Shown: positions 1-13,168 of the stretch, piece by piece | How positions within the stretch are numbered: the first letter of the stretch is position 1 | How the letters are laid out: the number at the start of each line of letters is the position of its first letter | From: Podarcis cretensis | Lineage: Eukaryota | DNA: 64,000 nucleotides | Direction of reading: 5' to 3' | NCBI GenBank assembly: GCA_951804945.1 | Contig: OX638160.1 | Span: forward strand, 22,630,001 to 22,694,000 | Translations under genes and position numbers: made by a program | The notes under the pieces: model-generated | What the model was told of the DNA's origin: nothing | The model's database searches: none | Seen by the model: the letters and a program-made list of their open reading frames with translations, nothing else

Positions 1-950
1 GAATATTCTCCCAGATGCCCACTTCAGCAAGGTACAAATTTGTCTTGAAAACCCAGAGTTGAATATTAAGCCCCACTTTGGTTCCAGCCCTTAGCTCCAG
101 CTCCCAGCTTGTCCCTGGCTCCTGCATCCCTCTTAACAGCTGCCTATGGCTTAGCTCTGACAAAGAAGCAGGTTGTGCTTTCATGCCATGTCCTATAACT
201 GCTGAAAAGCAATTGTGTTTAGTCGAGCAAAACTGGTGCCTCAGAACCTGTTAAAATACTTCTGTCACAGCAGGTTGACAAAGGCTCAGATTCAAAGCTC
301 ACAACCAACTCATGGATTGCATCCAACCAGTTTTAATCAGAGCAGACCCACTGAAATGAATGAACCAAAGTAATTAATTTCAATGGGTCTGCTCTAAGCA
401 AAAGTTAGTTGAATATGACCCTATGATTTGGAACCCAAACCCTGTGCTGAGCTTACAAATCGTGAAGCACATCATGTTTTAGAGAAGGGGAAGCCAATAT
501 GATGCCCTTCAGATGTTATGGGCTGCAACTGCAGTCATTCCAGCAAGGCAAATGGTCTGGGATGATGGGAGTTATAGTTTATTATCTGGGGGACACCATG
601 TTAGCTACCCATGGCTTAGAAATACCTTTCTGTTCATCACTCCTTCCTTGAGAAGCAGAGGTGGAGCAACAGCTTTAGAACGATGATTTGTCAGTTCAAG
701 TATCACACATCCCTTCATGGTTTGTAAGGTCACTGTCAACAACATCCAGAGAGCACCACACTGGCTACCCCTGACTCAAGAGAGTCAGATGGTCTGTAAT
801 TTTGTCCTAAAGAATTTCAGCCAGTAGAAAACACACAGTCAGGTGGGTCATGTGTTGGCAGTGGAGCAACTCTTGCTAGACTATACCATTTCAGACTGCA
901 GAAGCGGCAGGACTGAATATTTGGGTGCTTAGTATTTATAAACCCTAAAC

Positions 951-1085
951 CAGGCATAGGCAAACTTGGCCCTCCAGACATTTTTGGGCTACAACTCCCA
1001 TGATCTCTAGCTAGCAGGTCAGTGGTCAGGGTTGGTGGGAATTGTAGTTTCAAAACATCTGGAGGGCCGAGTTTGCCTATGCCTG
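951..1085. mobile_element. hAT-type palindromic MITE
   Basis: TIRs CAGGCATAGGCAAACT...AGTTTGCCTATGCCTG; perfect 8-bp TSD CCCTAAAC (943-950, 1086-1093). Confidence 0.9.
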
Positions 1086-1522
1086 CCCTAAACATTACAA
1101 AAAAGCAAAGAAACAAACCATTTAAACATGTCAGGGAAAAGGCTAGATTAGAATACTTTTCCCTGACAGGTTAAGTTTTCTACGTGCATGGTCCCTCATA
1201 CAAAAAACTTCCTGCAGACAAACTCTCTCCTGCTTTCGCTCTGAAATGGAACTGCACTGTATGATTTTCTAAGACCGAGCAATTCCTGTATTTTACCAGT
1301 CTGATCTGGCAGCCTTTTACATGTACGCAAGCTCCATATCGATTCCTTGCAAGAATAAGGGCTCCCTGACTGGCTTCAGTATCAGCAGGAGCTCCACGAA
1401 TTCGTTCCCATTCAGCAGCAAAGCCCACTTGCACAGGAATTCCATGTGTGAATAAATACCCACAAGGGTTTTAGCATCAGAACCAAAGCCACATATGTAT
1501 ACATTTGCTTTGTCTTCCATAC

Positions 1523-1800
1523 CTGATCTCTCAGTCTTTCTTGGTGGCCCATGATCGCAGTGGCATGGTGAGGATATTTCTGCTTCAGGTGCTCTAGAAA
1601 AGCTTCTCTCTTCTTGTCCATATCTGATGCCTGCATTCCCAGAATTTCTCTGGAACTTCGAGGTCCACCTACGGTGTGTCTGCGAGGAATGTTGCGGCCT
1701 GCCTTTGCAGAAGCCTGGCTGTTTCCAGAAGCAACAAGTTCCTTAGGCCACAGGTATTCTGCATCGTCTAACGAGGTTGCATGCAAATTGCTTTTCTGGT
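1523..1800 (-). CDS. KIAA1217: KIAA1217 (Sickle tail homolog) coding exon 2
   Basis: Translation (D)QKSNLHATSLDDAEYLWPKELVASGNSQASAKAGRNIPRRHTVGGPRSSREILGMQASDMDKKREAFLEHLKQKYPHHATAIMGHQERLRDQ matches the recalled KIAA1217 N-terminus (RNIPRRHTLGG...REAFLEHLKQKYPHH...RLRDQ). Acceptor tttttgatttgcAG at 1802-1801; donor GTATGG at 1522-1517; 278 nt, phase 1 to phase 0. Confidence 0.95.
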
Positions 1801-3109
1801 CTGCAAATCAAAAAGGTGAGATATGATCAAAACAGAATCTCAGCAGTCATGCCTACAGAAGTAGAAGAAGAAAGTTTATTTTTTGGTGTGGATGTGCATG
1901 TTTTTTTTAAAAAAATAGCATAGAAGGATATGGTTCTGCTCTGTTTAATGAGGAGAGATGCTATTAGGCTTAACTAAGAGAACCGCTAAAATAGTAGTTT
2001 GCATAAGCTATACAAAACAATGTGAAATGCTGGATGGAAAACGGATCAATAAGCAAACCATGTCCTTGTTATGCAGTTCTCTATACTGAAATAGCGAGGG
2101 GGAATGAATGGTAGATCTCTTTCTTCCTTAAGCTTTAAAATCTTTTAAGACGTTAAAAAAATCATCGTAACACTCCAGTACTTTTTAATGGGACTGTAAT
2201 GAGGCTTCCTTTGGTGATGGCAAATGATAAAATTATTTTTGTACAGTAGAGTTTGAATACTTAATCTTTTTCCAGTGGGTTTTCAAAATGTTCCGAAACT
2301 TCTGTGAAATAATAAGAAAAAAGCACTTCTCTTTTCTTTGCTCCCTGCCCCCCCGATTTTCAGATCATAGCCATGGTTTTAAATTTCATGGATCTCGCTT
2401 GGATTTTATGCCTCTCCGAGACAGCAGACTGGAAAATATAGTGTCACTTTTTCAATAAACCATTCTTTTGAGAAATGAAATAAAAGCAAGTCTATGCAAT
2501 GGGGGGGGGGAGAGAGAATAACTGGATGCTGGTGGGGGGTCAGATAACTCTTACAACTTTAAAATCTACTTTTGAGACCTGACTGTTACTGGTTGCTTTG
2601 TGGAACGAACACAGGAATAGCATGGATCTTACAGCTAACTTATCTGCAGGTAACCGAATAATACAAACCCCCCCTCAGGGCCCAAAAGAAAAATGCAGGT
2701 TGAAGGTATGTTATCTAATACCTAATAGGGGAGGGGGAGGAAAATAGGCTAGTGGAGAGCAAAATGAGAAACATAACCACTAAAAATGCTTTCCAAGTCT
2801 ATCTGTAACCTTACCTGCTATTAACAGACAGTCATGGCTCTCCCAAAAATTAATAATTATTTTTTGCAGTCTGATCTTGAGCAAGCTGACTCAAGACTTC
2901 GATGGGGAATAAATGTGCATGGGACTGCAGGCATTGGTGTTAAAAAGCAAATCCAAATGAGCTCAATTAGATTTAAGCAAATTAATTGAGCATCCAGCTG
3001 TTGTTTTGCTGCACTATCCTACCCATGAGTTCCCCAACCCCAAAATTAAGTGCCATTGGCTTCAATGGGATATTCTTTCACATAAGTCTGTTCATAGGCT
3101 TCTGTTTGA

Positions 3110-3275
3110 CATTTATTCATTTGAATTTATATCCCACCTTTCCCCCAGAGCTCAAGGTGGTTGTAGATGGTTCTCCCAGCTCCCATGTCATCTTCACGAC
3201 AACCCTGCAAGGGAAGTTAGGCTGAGAGACAGCGACTGGTTCAAGGTAACCCAGCAAGCTTCATGGCTGAGTTAC
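3110..3275 (-). mobile_element. Old tRNA-derived squamate SINE, 3' part
   Basis: Similar (reverse complement) to SINE bodies at 23690-24135 and 53990-54560. Confidence 0.55.
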
Positions 3276-4259
3276 AGAGATGGACACTGCTGGTTGGCTA
3301 ATGTGAAAGCAGGGTGCTGGGCCAGTTAAGCCTTTGGTCTGATCCAAAAGGGCTCTTCTTATGTTCTTGTAAGTATGCTTAGGATGAAAATCATGCAGCC
3401 TGATTCTCCGCATATCTGGAAGCAAGTCTCACTCCCATCTGAATGCACATCAAATAGCTTAATAGCTACATCCACCACCACCACCATACTTAACATTTGC
3501 ATAGTACTTTCAATATGCCACGCAATCTTTACAACAACCCGTTAAGATAAGTTGGTACTCTCATCCCCTAAATTGTAGGTGCAGGGGCTGAAGCTGAGAG
3601 AGAGTGTGTGTCTTGCCTAAAGGCTACCTAATGAGTTCAAGGCAGAGGAGAGATTAGCAACAGAGACCGATTTATCCCCCAGGCTCTTACAGGTGACACC
3701 AGCACTTCTTTCAAATGATTTGCCTGCACATCCTACTATTATAGAAGCTGTTTTCTCTTTATTAACACCACTTCCATAATGTCCCCCTGTGAAATATTTT
3801 CCTTTGCTTTTGCCATATTTGGCAGTTTTAGCACACTCCTTGACTTCTCCAGCCAATATTTACATCAATCGACAAATCTACAGGGCAGCTTCCTGCACTA
3901 ACAGCAGAGAACTTGTAGAGTTCAACTGTGTCAGTTATTCCTTCACATCCCATAATGCTTTTGACCTCAAAGCACATTATTTCACTGAGGGCACCTCCCC
4001 GCCCCCCACGCCAATATCAACCATCTTGGGCTCCACACTCAGCAAGGGAGTCCTTGGTAGTAGAAGAGTCCATGCTGGAGGCTGCCTGGTAGATGCTGAC
4101 CTATGGCATGGTCTTCTTAGTGGCAGATCCCAGGTCTGCAGAATGCCCACCCCAGTGAAATGTGCCTGTCCCCTTCATTAACACTCAGAAAAAATTTAAA
4201 AGCATTCCTGTTCAATCAGAGACTTAGTGGCTGGAAGATACTGGTCCTGCCAACCTGGA

Positions 4260-4299
<40 letters not shown>

Positions 4300-4575
4300 T
4301 ATTATTTATACCCCACCCATCTGGCTGGGTTTCCCAAGCCACTCTGGGCAGCTTTCAACAAAACACTAAAATACAATAACCTATTAAACATTAAAAGCTT
4401 CCCTAAACAGGGCTGCCTTCAAATGTCTTCTAAAAGTTTGGTAGTTATTTTTCTCTTTGAAATCTGGTGGGAGAGCGTTCCACAGGGCAGGTGCCACTAC
4501 CGAGAAGGCCCTCTGCCCTGTAACTTGGCTTCTCGCAGCAAGGGAACCGCCAGAAGGCCCTCGGCGCTGGATCTC
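4260..4575 (-). mobile_element. L2-like LINE 3' fragment with (TTA)n tail
   Basis: (AAT)n followed by TTATTTATACCCCACCCATCTGGCTGGGTTTCCC; near-identical to 25258-25575, 29709-29869 and 47104-47216. Confidence 0.75.
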
Positions 4576-4620
4576 AGGAAATCATTAGCTGTGACGATAT
4601 GTTCCTTTTCATACATTCAC

Positions 4621-4648
4621 AATTAATTAATTAATTAATTAATTAATT
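4621..4648. repeat. (TTAA)n self-complementary microsatellite
   Basis: AATT repeated 7 times. Confidence 0.9.
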
Positions 4649-6259
4649 GTTTTGCTTCTTTGTTGTTTGCTACCTGGGGCTCCTTTGGGAGGAAGGACTC
4701 AACAGAAATATAATAAAGAAATAGACCCATGACAATAACTAAGATGCCAGCTCCCCCTTTGTCCTGCAGGCCTCCATCAACCTTCCACACTGCTCTGGAG
4801 AATTCCCCAATCCACTGGAGCAGAGTTTTAGGAGCCTCAGAAGGCTCCCCTCCTTTTCTGCTAGCAAAGGAGTCCACTGGCTCAAAAGTGCTTCTGGGAA
4901 TAGAGGGGTACCAATGAATTCAACCCTAGGTGTTTTATTTCTCAATCGGCTCAAAGACGAGATTCAAGGGCAGAGAGATTTGGATCTGCTAAACACTTTA
5001 AAAGCCAGTCAGCATTCCTGAGCACTTTATATTAAATTGTTATATAGTTAGGGGGGTTTAGAGTACAGCCGCTGCCACACATGCTGAGGGGCTGTTGGAG
5101 GATGAAATATTTTCCATGTGTAACATAATTACAAAAACATCCAATCTCAATAATTTGAGGACAATCCTGTCTGAAAAGTCAAGGGAGGGGGAGAATTCTA
5201 CCATAGCATGCTGCTAAGATAAGAGTCCCAGGCTGCAGTGCTCCTGGAGACTGCCAAGCTCCATGCTAGATCACCAAAGAAAAAAAGCTTAAAGTTCATT
5301 CTTTCATGTGGTGCATCTTAAATGTGGGGATTTTTTTCTTCTTTGTCTGCTGAGCTTACGGTGACAAATCAAAAGGCTTGTTGGCTCGCTGGCACTGCAG
5401 TCTATCTAGTTCACCTTTCCACATTTGAAGCCAACAGCATGTTATGCCAACAAGTTTATTATGGATACTTCCTAGGGGTCCCATGTAACTACAGCAGGGG
5501 TTGAGAACCTCCAGATTGTGGGCCTAATTGAGCAGCACCCTCTAATTTGGCCCTTGAAGTCATTTCCTCCAAACCACATCCACTTGCCCCGTCCCTGACG
5601 TCAGGTAAAAGCATGGTTGTTACCACTTTGAAGTCTGTTTGCAAGTGGTTTGTGCCGAAAGTGTGCCTGAAATGGACTTAAAAAGTGAGCCCCTTTTAAG
5701 CTGCCGCCTGATGTCACAATTGTGTGTGCCCTGTCTGCCCCTCAACGTTGGCCCACGCAAGATGGGGAAAGGAAGGATCCAGCTGACTAGCTGTATCCAA
5801 TTCTCCACTCCTGATCTAAAGTGTCACATTGAATGCTCACACTGACAGCTAATTCCGTGGCTTTTGTCTGCGCAGCAACTCAGAAACACCTAATCAAAAT
5901 CTACAAAGGCTGCTTCAGACTTGACCTTTCCTCTGCACAGTTAATGTCTCTATACAGGGGAGAAATCCCTTTGGATTTTCCCTTCCTTGGCCTGGTTAGG
6001 CATCTCCTTAATCATCTGACTCAGGTGAAGCTGTGTTAAATCAATGCCTGGTGACATTAATGCACTGGTGGGCCCCTGGGCCTAATGAGTACTGCCATGG
6101 GTCCCAGTGTGGCCTGTTCCCACAAACCATGTCCACCAGCCCCACACCCAATATCATACGCATTGAAATAGACTCGGAGTCCTGTAGTGATTTCATGCTC
6201 TTTATTGCAGCTTGTAAAACAGTGATTGAATTGCTCCCCAAGCCTCAGGCTTTTATATA

Positions 6260-6488
6260 AAGTCATACCTCGGGTTACAGACGCTTCAGGTTGTGTTTTT
6301 TGGGGTTACGGACCACCGAAACCCAGAAGTACCGGAATGGGTTACTTCCGGGTTTCAGCGGTCATGCATGCGCAGAAGCACTGAATCACAACCCGCACGT
6401 GCTCAGGTGCGCAGGTGCAGGTTGTAAACGCTGTGGGTTGCGAACATGCATCCCACATGGATCACATTCGCAACCCGAGCGTCCACTG
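6260..6488. mobile_element. Tc1/mariner-pogo MITE (variant)
   Basis: Degenerate left TIR (..TACCTCGGGTTACAGACG); right end ...CCACTG followed by TA. Confidence 0.7.
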
Positions 6489-6516
6489 TATTTACACAAT
6501 GAGTCCCATCTGATTG

Positions 6517-6680
6517 GCTGATTCTGCTTCCCTCCTGGAGCCTGATTGGTCTTTTCCTGCAGGCCAATCAGTTGTTGCATTCTACAATCCTACCAGCCTA
6601 ATAGGCTGATTAACTTCTTCCTGGAGCCTGATTGGTCTTCTCCTACAAGCCAATCAGTTGTTGCATTCTAGGATCCTACT
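6517..6680. repeat. ~88-bp tandem duplication with inverted CCAAT boxes
   Basis: Two copies of TCCTGGAGCCTGATTGGTCTT...GCCAATCAGTTGTTGCATTCTA..ATCCTAC. Confidence 0.75.
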
Positions 6681-6723
6681 TGCCTATTGTTCTAGGATCC
6701 AAGGTTAGTACATAACATGCATG

Positions 6724-6857
6724 CAGTGCTATTTTTCTAGAAAAAGAGGTGCCGGAACTCACCATGAACACCTCCCTTGTTCTCTTAGAACAGCAACAGC
6801 GTTCACCTGAGAGGTGCTAGAACTGAGTATCCTGCTGTAAAAAAAAAAAAAGCCCTG
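6724..6857. mobile_element. hAT-type MITE
   Basis: Ends CAGTGCTATTTTT / AAAAAGCCCTG; perfect 8-bp TSD CATGCATG; second copy at 58572-58701. Confidence 0.8.
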
Positions 6858-9708
6858 CATGCATGACAGATGGCCACCCAACCTCTGCTTAAAAACCTCC
6901 TAGGAAAAAGAGCCCACTACCTCTCATGGGAGTCTGCTGCACTGTCAAACAGTCAGAACATTATTCCTAATGTTTAGTCGGGCCAGGATCAGTGTTATAT
7001 GCTCAAACCATCTTGCCCTGGTGAACAACCTTGCCACCAAATTCTGCGCCAGCTGAAAAGTTTCTGAACCACCTTCAGAGGCAGCTCCACATATCTCACA
7101 TTGCAGCAATCTAACCTAGAGGTTCTCAGAGGCGGCAGAAGTTGGGCTATCCCTTTCCAGACAGGGGCGCAGCTGGACCACCAGCTGAAGTTGATGGAAG
7201 GCACTTGGTGCCATCAAGTAGGAATTTCATATATAGTACAGCTTCCAAGACTATAGATGCTCCCTGTTATTACACTGCAGCCTATTTGGCATTCCACTGC
7301 ACCAAGTTTAGTTCGTTCCCAGGCTCAGGAATGTTTGGATTTAAGCATATGTTTGTTTACTACACATCCACGAAATGGAGTAGAAGTTGTGAAACTGCCT
7401 TTACGAAGCTTACAATGTGATCTCTTTATTTTGCTTTGAGCAGTTGGAAACTCTTTCCATCCCACACATAAAAATAACAGTTGTTCTCTCAGAAAATGTA
7501 AAAACAACAGTAAGCAATCAATCAAGCTGAATCTACTTGGCTAAGAATGGCAGTGAGAATGCGAGGACTTCCCACAATATGTGCCTAAATATTCCACGGT
7601 TTGAGCTCTGGAAAGTGTTGCATTATATACATGAAACTCCTCGCTTTGTTACTGAAGATATTCAGTGAAGACTCAGCTAAAGATACTGTAAATAAGTCTG
7701 CATAGAACAGAAGGAGAGAACTGGGTCTGGCCCTGTGGGACTGCCCTGCCCACCTACCATAATATCTTTATTTAAACAATTTATTTACCGCTTTACAACA
7801 GTCTCTAAGCAGTTTACAATTCAAAAAGCAAAAGAACTTCTATTAAAATGCCTGCTGGGGTAACAAAATATTCAGTAGGCAGAGGAAATTCAGTAGGGAG
7901 GGGACCTGCCTGAGCTCAACTGGAAAGGAGGTCCATAAAATTGAGAAATATTCTCTTTTATTTGTGTCCCTGCCCTAAGCATGTACTTAGCCTGTCTACT
8001 GGGTAACCCAGCATTGAGCATTTGGATGAAATCAAAGCACTATGGCAAAAGGAACCCAAGTATGCAGGCAACGATGACCAGCAGCACTTCCAAAGCGCTG
8101 TGCCTTTTTGCAAGTGCCGGCAACCTGTTTTTGGTACAGAGCCACGCCTTCACCTGCCCCACGCTTGATGTCATGTATGATGCAAAGGCGTGGGGAAGGT
8201 GGGTGTTGCTTGCTCAAAACAGCCTCCCGGGCCAAATGGCACCCAATGAGGCCCACAGACCAGAGGTTCCCAATTGCTGGCATATAGTCCAAATCAAATA
8301 TGTTAGGCTGACTTGAGGCATTATAAATGATCTGACTTACTACCTCTACTGGAAACACGAGGGAGAAGAGCCAGGTATATAAGGGGCATATTTCGCACTC
8401 ACAGTGGGTCTGCAGAATTGGCAATCACCAGTGTGTGTCACTGTCACCCAGCTTTGCCCAAAGCAGGAAATTGCAAGGAGGCCAGTCACAACAAGGAGAG
8501 CTCTTTACACCAATAGGCAAGAGAAAGTTAATTTATTATATTTATATATCACATCACACAGCCAGAGCATAGTCCAATGTCACCCATTGTAAAGGCACCT
8601 GGGTTAGTCTTGACCACAGCTCTGGTCAACTATTAGAGCAGCCTCCAACCCCCCCCCCTTTTTTTGGACCCAGGACGCACCTTTAACCCAAACATGAATT
8701 TTGGGAGACCATTTCTTATTTGTTTTAGCCATATATTTCCATGGTGGCAGAGTGGCTGTTGCAACCCACCACAGATCTGGCTGTGACCTGGGAGTTAGCC
8801 CCCTGACCCACCACAGTGGAAGACCAACGCGCCAGAGTTTGCTCAGTTTTGCTACTCCTTCAGGAGCCTAGCCCAAATTTCCCTTACTAATTGCATTTTA
8901 TTTTTTTGTATTGATGCTCCATCACTTTTAGGCTATCAGTGACAGAAAGTGGTACACAAAAGCTGTAATATAAATGAATGAATAAACAAACCATTTCTGG
9001 TCTGTCTTCCCTGTCAAGTCATCGGGGCTTAGCTCTGATAATAACAAGTCACAAACACACACACACTTTCTACCAACACTTCAGATTCAAATTAGGAATA
9101 TCTTGCTCCCCAATCCAAAATGTTTGTTCTTATAAAGCATGTAGTTTGCACCACATCCAAGACAAAACAGAGTGAAACTGGTATGCAGGACACCAAATCT
9201 GCCCTGACATGAAAACTGTGTCCATAATTTCTGGCTGCATTCCAAGACACACTCATGTGTTTCCCATGGAATAGCACTAAACTCTGAGCGGTTTGCTGAG
9301 TTTCAAAACTTGAGCTCAGAAATGAAATCCTCACTTGAACTAAATGAGGAGGAAGCTTACTCTTCATGCATTGTTGGAGAACATAATATTAGAAGGGTGG
9401 CCTCCCTTGACTGTGGGGGACAACACCCTCCCTTTTCATAGATTGCTTTGTGTTTCGTAAAATGTTTGCATCAAAACCAAAACCAAAAAGGAAAAAAACC
9501 AACCTCTGAACCCTTATGCTCTTCGCTTTCTTTCTGCTAGAAAAGTATTTCCCAAGAGAAAGTCAGATGTAAGAAACAGACAAAAAACAGTCAGCCGCAG
9601 CATAATATATAAAGTATCTGCTCCATATAATCTGTCATGAAGATATAAAAAGCAGCAATGAGGGACAGGCTGACTGCAACTCCATCTACGCATGATTCTG
9701 TTACTCAC

Positions 9709-9778
9709 CCTTCATCTGTCTGCTGTCTCTCGGACAAGCCAGGAGCGGCTCAGGTTTCTGGCTCTCAGCTTCCTCCAT
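9709..9778 (-). CDS. KIAA1217: KIAA1217 first coding exon (MEEAESQKPEPLLACPRDSRQMK + 1 nt)
   Basis: ATG at 9778 in good Kozak context (ACAATGG). 70 coding nt end at donor GTGAGT (9708-9703). Phase 1 joins exon 2 in frame (G|AC = Asp). Peptide resembles the recalled human N-terminus MEENESQKCEPCLPYSADRRQMQ. Confidence 0.92.
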
Positions 9779-10110
9779 TGTCCCTGCCTACTTTCAAAAC
9801 TGCACAAGCTTTTGATTCAAAAGCCAAAAAACATGCAGCTTAGAAAACTACCAAGGGGGGAAAAAAACCCAGCAGCCTCCCCCCACCCCCAGTAAAGGAA
9901 AATCTATCCTCCTCCTTGACAGTACAAAGTTCCTTTCAAAAGCGAACTACATTCCAGGAGGGCAGGGAGAGCCTGCGTGAAACAGTCAGAAAGTTTTCAG
10001 CAGACAAGTGGGCAGTACTTTCAAAAGCGGCTGTCGGCTTCAGCGGCTGTTGCCGAAATAGCCCCCTGAGCTTCTCTCTCTCTCTCTCTCTCTCTCTGTG
10101 AGGCCCCCAA
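9779..10110 (-). promoter_or_regulatory. Putative 5'UTR/proximal promoter of the main KIAA1217 isoform, with (CT)n/(GA)n tract
   Basis: TE-free sequence directly upstream of the ATG; several CpGs at 10020-10060 and a (CT)n run at ~10072-10097. TSS cannot be fixed from sequence. Confidence 0.5.
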
Positions 10111-10475
10111 CAGGTGATGGGTTTGCCTGAGGGTGAGATTCTAACCTAGTTCTTTTCCACCCAATGCCATGAAGCTGCTCTTCCACCAGGCAGCATTACT
10201 GATAGTGATTACAAGCACTGGGAGGACAGTAATTCTAGCCTACAGAAATCCTGAGTTCTGAGTCAAAGCTCTTTCCGGACAATATCTGTATGCAAATAAG
10301 TAGCTCAGGTTTCTCAGCCACGTTTATTTAATTATTTGATTAAAAGGCTTTTGGACCCTTTTTTTAAAAAGAAAAAAAGGCAAAATCACCTCTCAAAGCT
10401 GTTTACAACCATGCATGAATACAAGCCTTTAAAATCCAACAGTAAAACCAGTAATATAATTAATCAATCAATTAA

Positions 10476-10476
<1 letters not shown>

Positions 10477-10512
<36 letters not shown>
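10477..10512. repeat. (TTA)n microsatellite
   Basis: About 12 units. Confidence 0.9.
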
Positions 10513-10513
<1 letters not shown>

Positions 10514-10579
10514 AATAGCTAAGTCCATCATCCCAGGAACATACAAGATAGCATGCCAGCAAAATAACCCATCTAGAAT

Positions 10580-10930
10580 GGGACGCAGGTGGCGCTGTGG
10601 GTTAAACCACAGAGCCTAGGACTTGCCAATCAGAAGGTCGGCAGTTCGAATCCCCGCGATGGGGTGAGCTTCCATTGCTTGGTCCCTGCTCTTGCCAACC
10701 TAGCAATTTGAAAGCACGTCAAAGTGCAAGTAGATAAACAGGTACTGCTCTGGTGGGAAGGTAAACGGCGTTTCTGTGCACTACTCTGGTTTGCCAGAAG
10801 CGGCTTAGTCATGCTGGCCACATGACCTGGAAGCTGTACACCGGCTCCCTCGGCCAATAAAGTGAGATGAGCGCCACAACCCAAGAGTCAGTCATGACTA
10901 GACCTAATGGTCAGGGGTCCCTTTACCTTT
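10580..10930 (+). mobile_element. Sauria SINE
   Basis: tRNA-like head (A box TGGCGCTGTGGGTT, B box GTTCGAATCC) and (ACCTTT)-type tail. Confidence 0.9.
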
Positions 10931-13168
10931 AGCTCTAAAGAACAGTATCTGGTAACCTGGATTAGCCCCACAAAGGTGACGGTGAAAATATGGGTCTTTA
11001 AAGGCCCATTTAAAGCTGGCAAAGGAAAAAGGCTCACCTGGCTTTACTTGGAATTGGATTGCATAATTGTGGGGCCACCACTGAAAAGGCCCACTGATCA
11101 AATGGCTTTTAAAGGTAGACATTTTAACAGGGTCTCTGAAATGGGTTCAGACAGTTCTTAAGGCAGGGCTGAGAAAACATTGACCCTCAAAATGTCGCTA
11201 GACTACAGCTCTCATCATCCCTACCCACTGGCTGTGCTAGCTGGGGCTCATGGGAATTGGAGTCCAACAACACCTGGAGTCCCATAACACTGGTGGCTTT
11301 AAGTCATAACCAGCATTCTGAATTGCTCCCACTTTGCTCCTCTCTGGCAGAAGAAGCCAGAAAAACTAGGAAGGGGATAAATTAGCATTACAACTGAACT
11401 CAGGATCATTGCTTGTTTCACCTTAACAAACCATGTTCAGCAAGCCAACAGCAAAACATGGTTTAAGGCTAGCTAGCAATTGTGGTTTGCTGGGTAAAAT
11501 AAAGCATGAGCCATTGTTTAGATATAAAGAAAACCTATTCCTTTCCTGGTTTATTCACAGTATCTGTTCTTGCCAGGGGAAGCACAAAGCAGGAGCTATG
11601 GCTTACTGGGTCCTCACAAACGGGTTGATGCCCAGAGATAAGCTCACACTCGCTTTGCTCTTTCCTGGCCTTTTAGCACAGGGCAGCACAGCAGCTAAAT
11701 TTAGCGTGTTGTCAGAAACCAGGATTGTGGTTGAGATCGCTTCTTCTTTCACCGTGATCTGTCTTATGATTTGTCGTATGGTTACAGGTCATGGTTAAGG
11801 AGGACTGGCCTTAACTGCAGTTCCCAGCTGGAATGGCACATTAAGCTAAATCTTGGCTTTGCTGCTGTGCTGTGCACTCCCAGTAATCCATAGTATGGTT
11901 TACTATGACATGAAAATGATGCTAATATGGCTTAGTAAGTCAAGAACTTTGGCAAATGCCACCTTACTTTTAGGGTTGCTTGCCACATGACCAGTTAAGA
12001 AACGCTCTGTCCTTCCCCTAAGCATTTAACAGCAGCTTGCTATACAGAAAATCTACTGGTGAAAATGCCCATTGCATGGAGACAACTAATAAGCATTACT
12101 GTCCACTAATCAGGTCACACTGCAGTAAGAGAGACACAGAAACAGGTGCCGATAAAAATGTTGGCAACTCTACTACAGTTGAGTAAATCAAGCTTGCAGG
12201 ATGAAATGTGTAGATTTGCTGTGAAATGGAAGTTTTGCCCCAAATGTCAAGGAAATCAACAAGAACTGGGTTGACTGGTATGTTGAACCTGGAAGGCCTG
12301 CAAACGCCATCTTGGTACTTAAGGTAACCTCAAGACTAATTGGTGGTTGCTGCAAGGATGAGCTCAATAAGTTTATTCACACTTGCTTTGATGTATGCTA
12401 ATTGGCTTGCTTTAATGTTGTGCTTATCTGTAGGTTTGGGAAACTTGGTTCTTGGCCTAGGCAGGGGAGTTAGCCGGGAGACTTGGATACCTGCCCCCTG
12501 TGCCTTCATCGGCAGGTGGACTAACAGGAGGTTCTTGCCAAACTGACATATGCTGTCTTTTGTATACATAATGAATGAATGCTTTCCTGGCGAAGACGAC
12601 CTCTCATTGCTGCAGTGTCTGACCTGCGTCTGTAACAGCAGTGGAGTTTTTATAGGCTGTGTTGTACATTTGCCCCTTTCTTTAGCAAAGCACTAGGAAC
12701 TGGCCATTCCGGCATTTTTGACATCCTTCTTTGGTATCCATGCATCAAACCACTCGCACAGGCCTACTCAAAGGTACATTGGCACCTGTTGAGCAAAAAG
12801 TATTGCAAAGCTGCTCAGGAGACAGGGGCGGAGGAAACTGAGGGGGGTGACAAAATGCTGGGCAGCACTCACTGCGGGGCGTGCAGCCCGCTTGAGCCAT
12901 GTGTCTCTCCTGGGGGAGACGTGGTGGCTTGGGTGCGCGCAGGCTCTGTGCTGCCCAAACAGTCTGCCCACTGCCTGCCCCCCAGCTGTAGGGCGGCTGA
13001 GTGCGAGGAGGCAGGCAGACTCTGGAGGCCCCGCAATGTGCCCCGCCCCTATGGGAGGCTCACCCACCCTCGCCCCACCCCTGGGTGCGCTGCCCCAGAC
13101 ACCTAAGCAGCTTCCTCCACTGCTATGAGGAGAGAGTTCTTGGTTGTTGTACAGCACTTCTATAAATA

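Noticed and set aside
1412-1522. ORF extension VWKTKQMYTYV...
   Set aside because: Read-through past the GTATGG donor into the intron.
1523-1800. Assignment to paralog SRCIN1 (p140Cap)
   Set aside because: The shared motif is present, but the exon-1 peptide and the start of exon 2 match KIAA1217.
10580-10660. tRNA genes at A/B-box sequences
   Set aside because: These are SINE heads followed by SINE body and tail; no complete cloverleaf.
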